A stretch of DNA of 14,973 nucleotides from Candidatus Helarchaeota ASGARD archaeon Hel_GB_B (GCA_005191425.1 SUPR01000086.1:1-14973), one strand, 5' to 3'; positions 1-8,750 are shown, counted from the stretch's first letter. Program-made: numbers and translations. Notes: generated by a model not told the origin, from the sequence alone.

Positions 1-139
1 GGAAAAATTCATTTCCAATAGAAATCTTTTTTTATCACAAATTTAAATTTTTGAAAAAAAAAGAATATAAATAAATTTATAGAATTAAATTTAAAGCGGT
101 CAAAAATATTAATTAAAAAAAGCAGAAAGTGTTTTTAAA

Positions 140-1519
140 ATGAGAATAGAAAAAGATTTTCTTGGGGCTATAGAAGTTCCAGATGAAGCATATTGGGGCT
201 CAAATACTCAACGAGCTATTCAAAACTTTAAGATAAGTGGAATGACATTTCCATTATCTTTTATTCTTGCGATTATAAAAGTAAAAAAAGCATGTCTTCA
301 AGCAAATTTTGAATTAGAAAATATAGATAAAGAAAAATTTGATGCTATATTTCAAGCAATTAACGAAATACTTATAGATAATAAATATTTGGACCAATTT
401 CCACTGGACATTTACCAAACTGGTTCTGGAACACAAATAAATATGAATGTAAATGAAGTAATTGCAAATAGAGCAAATGAACTACTTGGATATTCGCTTG
501 GCAAAAAATTTCCAGTTCATCCAAATGATCATGTAAATAAATCTCAATCATCAAATGATGTAATACCTACTGCTATGCACATTGCCACATTAGAACAATT
601 AGATTCAAATTTATTTCCTGTTCTGAATGAATTAATTAATATTTTAAACATGAAAATCACCGAATTTAATGATATTATAAAAGTTGGAAGAACGCATTTA
701 CAAGATGCTGTACCAATTCCAATTTCAACTGAATTTAAAGTATATAAACGTCAAATTGAAATAAGTAAAAAAAATTTGGAAAACATATACGATCAATTAT
801 TATATATACCAATAAGCGGGACTGCAGTTGGGACCGGTATAAATGCAGATAAAGGTTTTGGGAATAAAGTAATTAAATATTTAGTAAAATTAGACAATAG
901 GTCCTATAAAATAAATCCAGTAAAAGCAGAAAATATAGCATCCCATTTAATATTAGTAAATATAAGTAGCGCACTTCGATTATTAGCAATTGCATTATTA
1001 AAGATGGCAAATGATATTAGATGGATGGGAAGTGGTCCAAGAGCTGGTTTAGGCGAATTAATTTTGCCACAGAATGAGCCAGGTTCTTCAATTATGCCTG
1101 GTAAAGTTAACCCAACTCAATCTGAAGCATTAATTCAAGTCTGTTTAAAAGTGATTGGAAATGACCTTACAATCTCGTTGGGTGAATTATATGGTAGTAA
1201 TCTTGATTTAAATGTCTGTAAACCATTAATAATAACAAATCTTCTTGAATCTATCAAAATTCTTTCGGGAGGAATTAAATCGTTTATAAAAAATTGTTTA
1301 AAAGAACTAAAAGTCAATGAAAAAGTGTGTTCTAAAAATTTAGAGAATATTCTGATGCTAGTAACTAATCTTGTTCCAATTATTGGATATGATAAAGCCA
1401 GTGAAATCGCTTCTATTGCATATAAAACAGGAAAAACAATTAAAGAAGTAGTTTTAGATTTAAAATTAGAGATTAAAGAAAATCTCGATGAATTATTAGA
1501 CCCTAAAAAAATGGTCTAA
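140..1519 (+). CDS. fumC: Fumarate hydratase class II (fumarase C), 459 aa
   Basis: Contains the family signature GSSIMPGKVNPTQSEAL, plus QTGSGTQINMNVNEVIANRA, HPNDHVNKSQSSNDVIPTAMH, GRTHLQDA and GTAVGTG. The PTQxEAL context fits FumC better than aspartase. Confidence 0.93.
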   Translation: MRIEKDFLGAIEVPDEAYWGSNTQRAIQNFKISGMTFPLSFILAIIKVKKACLQANFELENIDKEKFDAIFQAINEILIDNKYLDQFPLDIYQTGSGTQINMNVNEVIANRANELLGYSLGKKFPVHPNDHVNKSQSSNDVIPTAMHIATLEQLDSNLFPVLNELINILNMKITEFNDIIKVGRTHLQDAVPIPISTEFKVYKRQIEISKKNLENIYDQLLYIPISGTAVGTGINADKGFGNKVIKYLVKLDNRSYKINPVKAENIASHLILVNISSALRLLAIALLKMANDIRWMGSGPRAGLGELILPQNEPGSSIMPGKVNPTQSEALIQVCLKVIGNDLTISLGELYGSNLDLNVCKPLIITNLLESIKILSGGIKSFIKNCLKELKVNEKVCSKNLENILMLVTNLVPIIGYDKASEIASIAYKTGKTIKEVVLDLKLEIKENLDELLDPKKMV

Positions 1520-1613
1520 TAATTATTTTTAATTGTATCATATTAAATAGTAAGAAAATCTCTAATTATAAATAAAATCAAATTTATTTTTTAGAAAAAT
1601 TTAGGAATTAAAT

Positions 1614-1637
1614 AAAAAAAATTGCAAAAAGAGCAAT
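1614..1637 (-). terminator. Possible terminator downstream of the acyl-CoA synthetase (5-bp stem ATTGC/GCAAT followed by a T-run on the minus strand)
   Basis: The + strand reads aaaaaaa-attgc-aaaaaga-gcaat at 1614-1637, in the gap between two convergent genes. The stem is weak and the region is AT-rich. Confidence 0.25.
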
Positions 1638-1694
1638 CTACTTTGTCCATTTAAGTATTTTTAATTATATTTTTTCCTCATAGAGAAATAGATT

Positions 1695-3743
1695 TTAATT
1701 TTTTATCAGATTCCAATCAAATGTGGATTTTGAATCTGGTTTTCCCCATATATCTCTTATTTTTTGTCTTAATACTTTTCCGACTGGAGAAATTGGAAAT
1801 TTATCAGCGAAAATTATCGATCTAGGCTTTTTATACCCTGCTATTTTATCTTTACAATAATCAAGTATTTCTTGTTCAGTTACCTTCTTTTTTGGTATAA
1901 TTACTGCTCTGACAATAGAACCCCAAGTTTCATCCGGGACTCCAATTACGACTACATCTTTTACAGCAGGGTGCTCGGCAATAATTTCTTCGACTTCCAA
2001 CGGAAAAACTTTCTCACCACCGGTATTGATACATTCTTTTTTTCGTTCAATAGTATATAATTCTCCATCTTTTAGATATCCAAGATCTCCACTATGAAGC
2101 CATCCCTCTTCATCAATTGTTTTCCTTGTCTTTTGTTCATCACCATAATAACCTTTCATCACATTTGGACCTCTATATAAAATTTCTCCAATTTCACCTT
2201 CAGGCACTTCATTTCCGTTATCATCGATTATTTTGATTTCAATATTTGGGACTGTTATTCCAACACTCCGGTCTCTTATTGTAGATTCATCGCCATCTAT
2301 TTTGACTGAGGCTGCCGGTGCCATTTCAGTTTGTCCAAAAACGTCTAATATTAATGTTTCCGGAAAATATTTCAAAATTTTTTTCTTAATTTTAGCTCTC
2401 AATAAAGCAGCCCCTGAAAAAGCAACTTGTAAAGAGTTAATTCGCATATCGGGTTTCTCATTATCTAAGTATTCTACAATCCATTTCCACATTGTTGGTA
2501 CAAAAAATGTCCATGTAACATCATTGTCTTTCATTAACTCGATAATTTTAGCCGCATTAAAACTTGGGTCGTCCGGTAATACAATTGTTGCACCAGAAAC
2601 AAGCCAATTTAATATAAACAAAGCATAAGATGCCAGATGAAACAATGGTGGTGTTATTAACATAACTGTAATATTTTCTTCGGTTGGTTTTGCAGATAAG
2701 GATTTAATAATGTTTATTCTATCACTGAAACTACCTTCTAAATGAATTCCTCCTAACAAGAATTTATAAATTAAGCCAGGTAATATACTCAACTTTCCTT
2801 TAGTTGTATAAGCTTTTGGTAATATATTAACGAGATCTCGTATTTGGTCAATCAAAGATCCTTTAAAAATGACATCATATTTTTCTGCTTTCCCTTTAAA
2901 CATTTTTAACTTTCCTTCCACTTGCCTAATTGTCATTGGTGGAATAGGCACTGCACCTTTTTTCGTTGGTAGCTCGAAGACCACTATTTTTGTGTCATTA
3001 GGGTCTTTAAACAATTGCTGATAAATTTGTCCAATAAACATGTTAAGAACTCTTAGTAATTTTTCTTCTACTTTACTCCTAGCAAATTTTGGATAATCAA
3101 TATCTTTTACCGAAGGCAAAAATGACATCAGCAAATTAATTGTAGCTTCTTGATTTATCATCATATTTTCATATGATAGAATTACCCCTTTTGGACGACC
3201 AGTAGTCCCACCAGTATAGATAATTACCGAATCATCATCCCATCCAATATTTTTTACTTTAACGACCTTATTTTTTCCTTTTTGGATTAAAGTATCATAA
3301 TTAAACATATCTTCAGGTAATGTTTGATTTTCTGTTGGCTTTGCGATATAAAATCTTACATTTGGTGTATTTGGCTTAGCTTTAAGGACTAAATCTAATA
3401 ATTCACCTTCAAAAATAAGTCCAATTGAATCTGAATTGTTTAGTAAAAATTCAAGTTCGGATGCAACATACCGATAATTTACTGGAACTGGAACTGCACC
3501 CAAAGCTTGTAATGCAATATTTGATTCAAAAAATTCAGGTCTATTATGAAATAATATTGCTACCTTATCACCTTTTTTAATTTTAAGTCCATTAAAATTT
3601 CTCAATGCATATGCTAGTTTATTAATTCTAGAATATTCTTCCTTCCACGTGTATTTTAAATTTCCATAGACAGTAGATATTCTATCTGCTGGATAATTCT
3701 CAGCTTTTATTTTAAACATTTTGTAAAATGGTGAAATTCCCAT
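1695..3743 (-). CDS. Long-chain acyl-CoA synthetase (AMP-forming, ANL superfamily) with a large internal insertion (SCP2-like), 682 aa
   Basis: P-loop IYTGGTTGRPKG (aa 175-186), PPLFH, FGQTE, GEIGEILYRGPNVMKGYY, WLHSGDLG, RKKECINTGGEKVFPLEVE and the terminal lysine motif PISPVGKVLR. The ~180 aa between the P-loop and PLFH is about 140 aa longer than usual. Confidence 0.92.
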   Translation of the reverse strand: MGISPFYKMFKIKAENYPADRISTVYGNLKYTWKEEYSRINKLAYALRNFNGLKIKKGDKVAILFHNRPEFFESNIALQALGAVPVPVNYRYVASELEFLLNNSDSIGLIFEGELLDLVLKAKPNTPNVRFYIAKPTENQTLPEDMFNYDTLIQKGKNKVVKVKNIGWDDDSVIIYTGGTTGRPKGVILSYENMMINQEATINLLMSFLPSVKDIDYPKFARSKVEEKLLRVLNMFIGQIYQQLFKDPNDTKIVVFELPTKKGAVPIPPMTIRQVEGKLKMFKGKAEKYDVIFKGSLIDQIRDLVNILPKAYTTKGKLSILPGLIYKFLLGGIHLEGSFSDRINIIKSLSAKPTEENITVMLITPPLFHLASYALFILNWLVSGATIVLPDDPSFNAAKIIELMKDNDVTWTFFVPTMWKWIVEYLDNEKPDMRINSLQVAFSGAALLRAKIKKKILKYFPETLILDVFGQTEMAPAASVKIDGDESTIRDRSVGITVPNIEIKIIDDNGNEVPEGEIGEILYRGPNVMKGYYGDEQKTRKTIDEEGWLHSGDLGYLKDGELYTIERKKECINTGGEKVFPLEVEEIIAEHPAVKDVVVIGVPDETWGSIVRAVIIPKKKVTEQEILDYCKDKIAGYKKPRSIIFADKFPISPVGKVLRQKIRDIWGKPDSKSTFDWNLIKN

Positions 3744-4085
3744 AATTTACATCTCTTAATTTCTTAATAAGTATTTGTTTATTCATTATCCTAAATTATT
3801 ATTATTTAATTTTAAAATAATTTTAATTTAAAATATATATTTTTGAATTAAAATATTATAACAATAAGTAGTTTAAAAATATTATGACTTAAATTAATTT
3901 AAATTTAACTCAAAAGAGCTCTAAAAATTATGGCTATAATTATAAAGTTTTTTCAGAAATTTATTAATTAATAGAGAATAATTATTCTTTTAAATTCAAC
4001 TTTTTGATTCATTTTAAGATTAAATAATTTTTTCTTATAATTAAAAAAATAAAAAGTTAAAGAATATAGAAGAGGGGAGTTTTTA

Positions 4086-4712
4086 TTATAAAGAAATATA
4101 GATCCAAGCGGTAATAAATGTTATTATCATAAAACAGATTCCAAACCATTGATTTTTGAAAAATTTAATGTAATTTGCTGCTGAAATATCCCATAAATCC
4201 ACATTATATTTGGTCAAATATTTTTTTAGTAATAAATAAATACCTAATGCGCAGAATACACCAGTCGGAGATGCAATTACCATAGGAAAGGGCAAAACGC
4301 CCAATCCAAAATCAATGAATGAATATGGAAATAAATAGCTCATGACTAACAAAATTCCTATAATAAGACCAGTTCCAATTGCAATTCCTAATAAAAAGTT
4401 GACAGTAGGTCTAATGAATGATGGGATTATAAAAATTATTGAATGAATTAACAGAATAATTGTTGGAATAATATAAATTATACCATGCATGGGAGCTAAT
4501 GAATATATTGCTATTTGCATCATTGTTTGAATTAGATTTGCTGCTGCAAATAAAAAGATAGATCCAACCCATAAATAAAATACAGTACCAACATTTCTTT
4601 TTGGCTGAATTTCTAATGATTTTTCATCCCCTAATTTTAATTCCGAAGTGAATTTAATTACGTAGAATATTAAAGCTCCAATTAAAAAGAAAGAAGCATT
4701 TATTTGATACAT
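4086..4712 (-). CDS. Polytopic membrane protein of unknown function (about 6 predicted TM helices, ~208 aa)
   Basis: Long hydrophobic segments throughout. The ORF track starts at GTG 4721, but that GTG lies inside an AGGTG Shine-Dalgarno-like motif 6 nt before ATG 4712, so ATG 4712 is the likelier start. It lies 14 nt after the phosphatase stop, so the two are probably co-transcribed. Confidence 0.7.
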   Translation of the reverse strand: MYQINASFFLIGALIFYVIKFTSELKLGDEKSLEIQPKRNVGTVFYLWVGSIFLFAAANLIQTMMQIAIYSLAPMHGIIYIIPTIILLIHSIIFIIPSFIRPTVNFLLGIAIGTGLIIGILLVMSYLFPYSFIDFGLGVLPFPMVIASPTGVFCALGIYLLLKKYLTKYNVDLWDISAANYIKFFKNQWFGICFMIITFITAWIYISL

Positions 4713-4726
4713 TTTTAACACCTATT

Positions 4727-5920
4727 CTATGGATGATTACTATTTAAAGTAAATTGGTCAAATAATATACCTAGTGAAGTATATGCTTTTACTGTTAAAG
4801 TTAAATTATTTACTTCGACAGAACAAAATTGATGAATATTTTCAGAATATTGAGTTCCTGCTTCACTCCCAATATATACTTCATTTTCAGAACCACCACC
4901 ACCTGTAACGACATATTGAACTCCGTCCACGAAAATTCGTTCATATTGATGGTCATGTCCACTAAAAACTAAATCTACTTTATATTGCGTAAAAATTGGT
5001 TGTAGGTCTTGAATTTCATAAGGGTCATCTCCGTATCCTCCTGACGAATACAGTGGGACATGAAAAAAGATTATAATCCAATTAATTTTCGAACTAGAAT
5101 TTGCTTTATTTAAATCGTTAATTAACCACGCTTTTTGAGCACTTGAAATATGTACATTTGAAACAGATAAATTTAAGCAAATAATATGCACATTACTGTA
5201 ATTAAATGAATAATACCATTCGTTATTTGGATAATTAAAGAAATTAAAATAATGTTTTCCATTATCACCACTATATTCATTATATTCATGATTTCCTAGT
5301 GTGGTAAAAAAGGGTGCCCGTGCCATAATATCTTTTGCCTCCCAAAAAAATCGATCCCATTGATACTCGAGATTGCTTTGGAATACAATATCGCCTGTAT
5401 GTAAAACAAAAGCTGGATTTGGTTCAGTCTTGAGCATCCTTTTACATATTCTACCATGAGCACTATTTCCGAAAATGTCCGGCCTTGAATCGCCATAAAC
5501 CAGAAAAGTAAAAGGTATTGTGGAATTAGGAGCGGTTTTAAACTGATGGTCTATTAATAATTGAGAGTAATTTTTTATATTTGAAATTATTCTATAATGA
5601 TATATCTTATTTGGCTCAAGTCCAGTTAATGTCACGCTTCTTAAATTACCAATAGAAGGTGTACCTGCTTTTATATTTCCATAACTTATATTCTCACCCC
5701 ATTGAACAGTACCATTCGTAGGAATTGGTGTTTCCCAACTAATTGTCATAGTTGTTTTCGGATCTTCTGTCCATGACAAATAAGGGCCTTTAAGGTTAGG
5801 AGTTTGGAGCCATGGCCCAATATTACTTGTAAACATTATTAATATGAACCCAATGATTATTCCTATTGCTAAAATTATTTTAATTAATCCATTTTTAAAA
5901 TTCTTTTTTAGGCGTGACAT
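4727..5920 (-). CDS. Membrane-anchored metallophosphoesterase of the purple acid phosphatase family (FN3-like N-domain plus calcineurin-like domain), 397 aa
   Basis: N-terminal TM/signal segment (aa ~12-31). FN3-like region (TTMTISWET...VTLTGLEPNKIYHYRI...FKTAP). Metal motifs GDSR, HTGDIV, LGNHE, FFHVP and SGHDHQYER, followed by YVVTGGGG. Confidence 0.9.
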   Translation of the reverse strand: MSRLKKNFKNGLIKIILAIGIIIGFILIMFTSNIGPWLQTPNLKGPYLSWTEDPKTTMTISWETPIPTNGTVQWGENISYGNIKAGTPSIGNLRSVTLTGLEPNKIYHYRIISNIKNYSQLLIDHQFKTAPNSTIPFTFLVYGDSRPDIFGNSAHGRICKRMLKTEPNPAFVLHTGDIVFQSNLEYQWDRFFWEAKDIMARAPFFTTLGNHEYNEYSGDNGKHYFNFFNYPNNEWYYSFNYSNVHIICLNLSVSNVHISSAQKAWLINDLNKANSSSKINWIIIFFHVPLYSSGGYGDDPYEIQDLQPIFTQYKVDLVFSGHDHQYERIFVDGVQYVVTGGGGSENEVYIGSEAGTQYSENIHQFCSVEVNNLTLTVKAYTSLGILFDQFTLNSNHP

Positions 5921-6030
5921 AAATCTATAAAGGTAAAAACATCATATAAAATTTTCTTGAATAAATTTCTTAAAATTTAGATTATTATGTCAATTCATTT
6001 TTTAGATTAAACTTTTGATTTATTTCTTTG

Positions 6031-6060
6031 ATATTTCGATGAATATTTTGCTCGAAATAT
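6031..6060. promoter_or_regulatory. Perfect 9-bp inverted repeat ATATTTCGA-N12-TCGAAATAT in a divergent intergenic region (candidate operator)
   Basis: Arms at 6031-6039 and 6052-6060 are exact reverse complements. They lie between the divergent starts at 5920 (-) and 6187 (+). Function is inferred only. Confidence 0.3.
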
Positions 6061-6186
6061 AATCAATTATCATTAAAATATATGAATTATCTAAAAAACA
6101 ATTATCTTTATAATGAATCTCATTTAAATAAAATATAATGTTATTTACAAGCGGTAATTTAATATTTTAAGGACTGAAATTATAAA

Positions 6187-7377
6187 ATGAGAAATGTAAT
6201 TAAAATAAAGTCAGATTATTATTTTCCAGCAGTTTTAGATAACATATCTGAACAAACTCTGCGAAATAACTTATTAAATTTAGAATTAGAGCCGGTGTAT
6301 TGGGATGATATTGAAATTGGAAATAAAAGTACTATGAAAATTAAAATATCAAATAAATTAATACTACTTTTTATTCTTTTAACTAATAATTTTATATTGA
6401 TTTCAAATAATTTAGACTCTATGATAGCAGGAGGGACATTATTACTCAGCTTTATTTCTGGGTTAACTGGAATTTATCTTTTAGGAGCTGGTATTTTTTT
6501 AATTGAAAAAAAAGAGGCTGAATTTTATCATATTGTAAAAGAAAATGATTTTATAATTGTTCAATCAGAGATTATAAAAAAATGGACTGAAATGAAACAT
6601 AATAAGACAAGATATTTTGTAGAGATAAGTCAAAAAATCTATTTGGTCAATAACAATATAAAATATGATAAAAAGAAATTATTGGTTGGTAAGACAGGCG
6701 CAATTGCAAGCGTACTAAATAAAAGCAGGCCCGATAATATAGAAAAACATCAAATTAAAGAGGAAGTTCATTTCTTTTTACCAAAATTTCTTGAAAATAT
6801 TGATATAAACAATTTGAAAAAAGATATTAAAAAATTAATTGACTATAAAAAAAGAGCAATAATGGAATACATTAAATCAGTTAATTTTAATAATCAAAAT
6901 GTTATTAATGTAGAAAGTAATATTATTTCAATTACATCAAAAATGGTTTTAATTTTTGCATATCTTTCTAATGACTTTAATCCATTACATTGTAGCGAAG
7001 TTTTTGCTTCTAACTTACCTTCAAAACTATTTAATAAAAAGAATATTAGTCATGGAGCTTTAAATATTGGCCTAATTTCTGGTGTTAATAGTATTGTTAA
7101 GTTACTTTTTCCCAATTATAATTTCAAATTGATAAAAAAGAAAAAAGGACAATTTATTAAACCTTTAAAATTTGGGGATAAGATAATTATTAAAAGTGAA
7201 ATGAAATTTGTTAGAGACAGTAAAGATGATAATAATTCGCTCTATTTAGAAACTAATGAAGACGTTTTTCTTTTGCTAGATCAAGAAAATGAAGTTAAAG
7301 AAGTCCTTGCTATTAAATCTGGTTCTATTTATCAAGTATATTGTGAAGGAGATGAAGTGTTTTGGAAGATAAAGTAA
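6187..7377 (+). CDS. Double hot-dog MaoC-like (R)-enoyl-CoA hydratase family protein (degenerate N-domain, intact C-domain), 396 aa
   Basis: The C-domain has FAYLSNDFNPLH (Asp263/His268, the PhaJ-type D-x4-H dyad), ISHG and FIKPLKFGD. The N-domain follows the MaoC pattern (WDDIEIG...LF..LT.NF...IAGG...LISG...G.GI...F...V...D.I) without the dyad. Confidence 0.75.
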   Translation: MRNVIKIKSDYYFPAVLDNISEQTLRNNLLNLELEPVYWDDIEIGNKSTMKIKISNKLILLFILLTNNFILISNNLDSMIAGGTLLLSFISGLTGIYLLGAGIFLIEKKEAEFYHIVKENDFIIVQSEIIKKWTEMKHNKTRYFVEISQKIYLVNNNIKYDKKKLLVGKTGAIASVLNKSRPDNIEKHQIKEEVHFFLPKFLENIDINNLKKDIKKLIDYKKRAIMEYIKSVNFNNQNVINVESNIISITSKMVLIFAYLSNDFNPLHCSEVFASNLPSKLFNKKNISHGALNIGLISGVNSIVKLLFPNYNFKLIKKKKGQFIKPLKFGDKIIIKSEMKFVRDSKDDNNSLYLETNEDVFLLLDQENEVKEVLAIKSGSIYQVYCEGDEVFWKIK

Positions 7378-8210
7378 TTATTACAGCTGCTATAACCGGG
7401 TCAATTCCTTCAAAGAAAAATAATCCAAATATTCCTTATACCCCACAAGAAATTGCTGAAGAAGCTTATAAATCTTATTTAGCTGGGGCATCAGTAATAC
7501 ATTTACATGCCAGAAATCCCGAAACAGGTGTACCTATTAGTGGTAAAGAGAGTGTACCTATATTTAAAGAATACTTAAAATTAATTAAAGAGAAGTGCGA
7601 TATAATTTGTCAAATTACTACTGGTGGTGGCGCTACTACAATTAATGGCATAGAACAATTGGATAGGATTAAACCTGTAATTGAATGTAAACCAGAAATG
7701 GCTTCATTAAATACTGGAAGCTTAAATTTTGGGTCAAAAATTTTTCCTAACCCTCCAGAATTAATAGAAACTTTCGCAAAAATAATGCAAGATTTAAATA
7801 TTAAACCCGAATTAGAAGTTTATGAATTGGGACATATTGAAAGTGCTAAGAAATTAATAATAGAAAAACACTATCTTAATTCACCGCCACAATTTTCCCT
7901 TGTTTTAGGTACTGCCGGGGGCGTCCCTGCTACTCCTAAAAACTTGTTAATAATGAAAGAAGCACTTCCTGTAAATTGTACTTGGCAAGTTATTGCAATC
8001 GGTAAACATCAAATTCCACTTGGAACAATGGGTATAATTATGGGCGGAAATGTTAGAGTAGGATTTGAGGATAATGTATATTTAGAAAAAGGAGTTCTTG
8101 CAAACAGTAATTCGGAATTGGTCGGAAAAATTGCCAGAATCATTAGAGAATTAGGTAAAAAAGTTGCAGATGTAAGTGATGCACGGGAAATTCTTAGTTT
8201 AAAAAAATAA
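7362..8210 (+). CDS. Beta-keto acid cleavage enzyme (BKACE / DUF849, 3-keto-5-aminohexanoate cleavage enzyme family), 282 aa
   Basis: ITAAITG, PNIPYTPQEIAEEA, Zn-binding HLHAR, TTGGG, ASLNTGSLNF, PELEVYELGH and GGNVRVGFEDN. The TTG start at 7362 is preceded by AAGGAG and overlaps the upstream gene by 16 nt. Confidence 0.92.
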   Translation: MEDKVIITAAITGSIPSKKNNPNIPYTPQEIAEEAYKSYLAGASVIHLHARNPETGVPISGKESVPIFKEYLKLIKEKCDIICQITTGGGATTINGIEQLDRIKPVIECKPEMASLNTGSLNFGSKIFPNPPELIETFAKIMQDLNIKPELEVYELGHIESAKKLIIEKHYLNSPPQFSLVLGTAGGVPATPKNLLIMKEALPVNCTWQVIAIGKHQIPLGTMGIIMGGNVRVGFEDNVYLEKGVLANSNSELVGKIARIIRELGKKVADVSDAREILSLKK

Positions 8211-8750
8211 ATATTTTGAAATTAACTGTATTTATCTAATACTTTTTAGATTCATATTGAATTTGATTTTCTTAAGCTAGAGATTAGTAAATATTGAAAT
8301 CACCGTTGCTATTGAGTAAAATTCAAACCCAAGCAATATATTTGTAATTATTACTATTTTTTTTAAATCGTAATGATAATATAATCAGTGCTCCCCAATT
8401 TACGAAAAAATTATGAATTATTGTACAGTTGAAGATATCACAATTTGAAATATGAATACTTAACCATCATTGAAATAATGAATATTAAGTTTAACGAAGT
8501 CCAAATTTTATATTTCCATTTAACAATATTTAATAAGAATTTAAATTACCTGGACAATATTATTTAAATTCAATATTTTAGGACTCTAAGCTAAAAAACT
8601 CAAACTTTTATAAAAAATAGAAAAATATATTGAATATTTATATTTCGTGAGCAAGTAAATATAATAGTCATGATTTTTGTCTATTTTATTGGATTTTATC
8701 TTATTTTTTAGACCTTAAGTTTTCATTTCGTTCTTTTTTCTATAAATTTT

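Noticed and set aside
90-100. TTTA(C)AAGCGGT upstream of both fumC (90-100) and the hydratase (6144-6155)
   Set aside because: Only 7 nt are identical, the spacing to the start codons differs, and two instances are not enough to separate it from chance.
372-554. 60-aa minus-strand ORF
   Set aside because: Antisense shadow inside fumC, with no motif.
1135-1317. 60-aa minus-strand ORF
   Set aside because: Antisense shadow inside fumC.
140-1519. fumC as an aspartase or as part of the lipid module
   Set aside because: The signature context fits fumarase C, the catalytic motifs are canonical, and it is convergent with the ligase with no sign of a functional link.
1872-2628. Plus-strand ORFs of 62 aa (1872..2060) and 131 aa (2233..2628)
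   Set aside because: Both are fully antisense to conserved parts of the acyl-CoA synthetase and have no recognisable domain. Such shadows are common opposite well-conserved genes.
4086-4721. Membrane protein as a UbiA-family prenyltransferase (its C-terminus loosely resembles UbiA ends)
   Set aside because: No Asp-rich NDxxDxxxD/DxxxD motifs, and too short for a complete UbiA.
5296-5496. 66-aa minus-strand ORF
   Set aside because: Alternative frame nested within the metallophosphoesterase catalytic domain.
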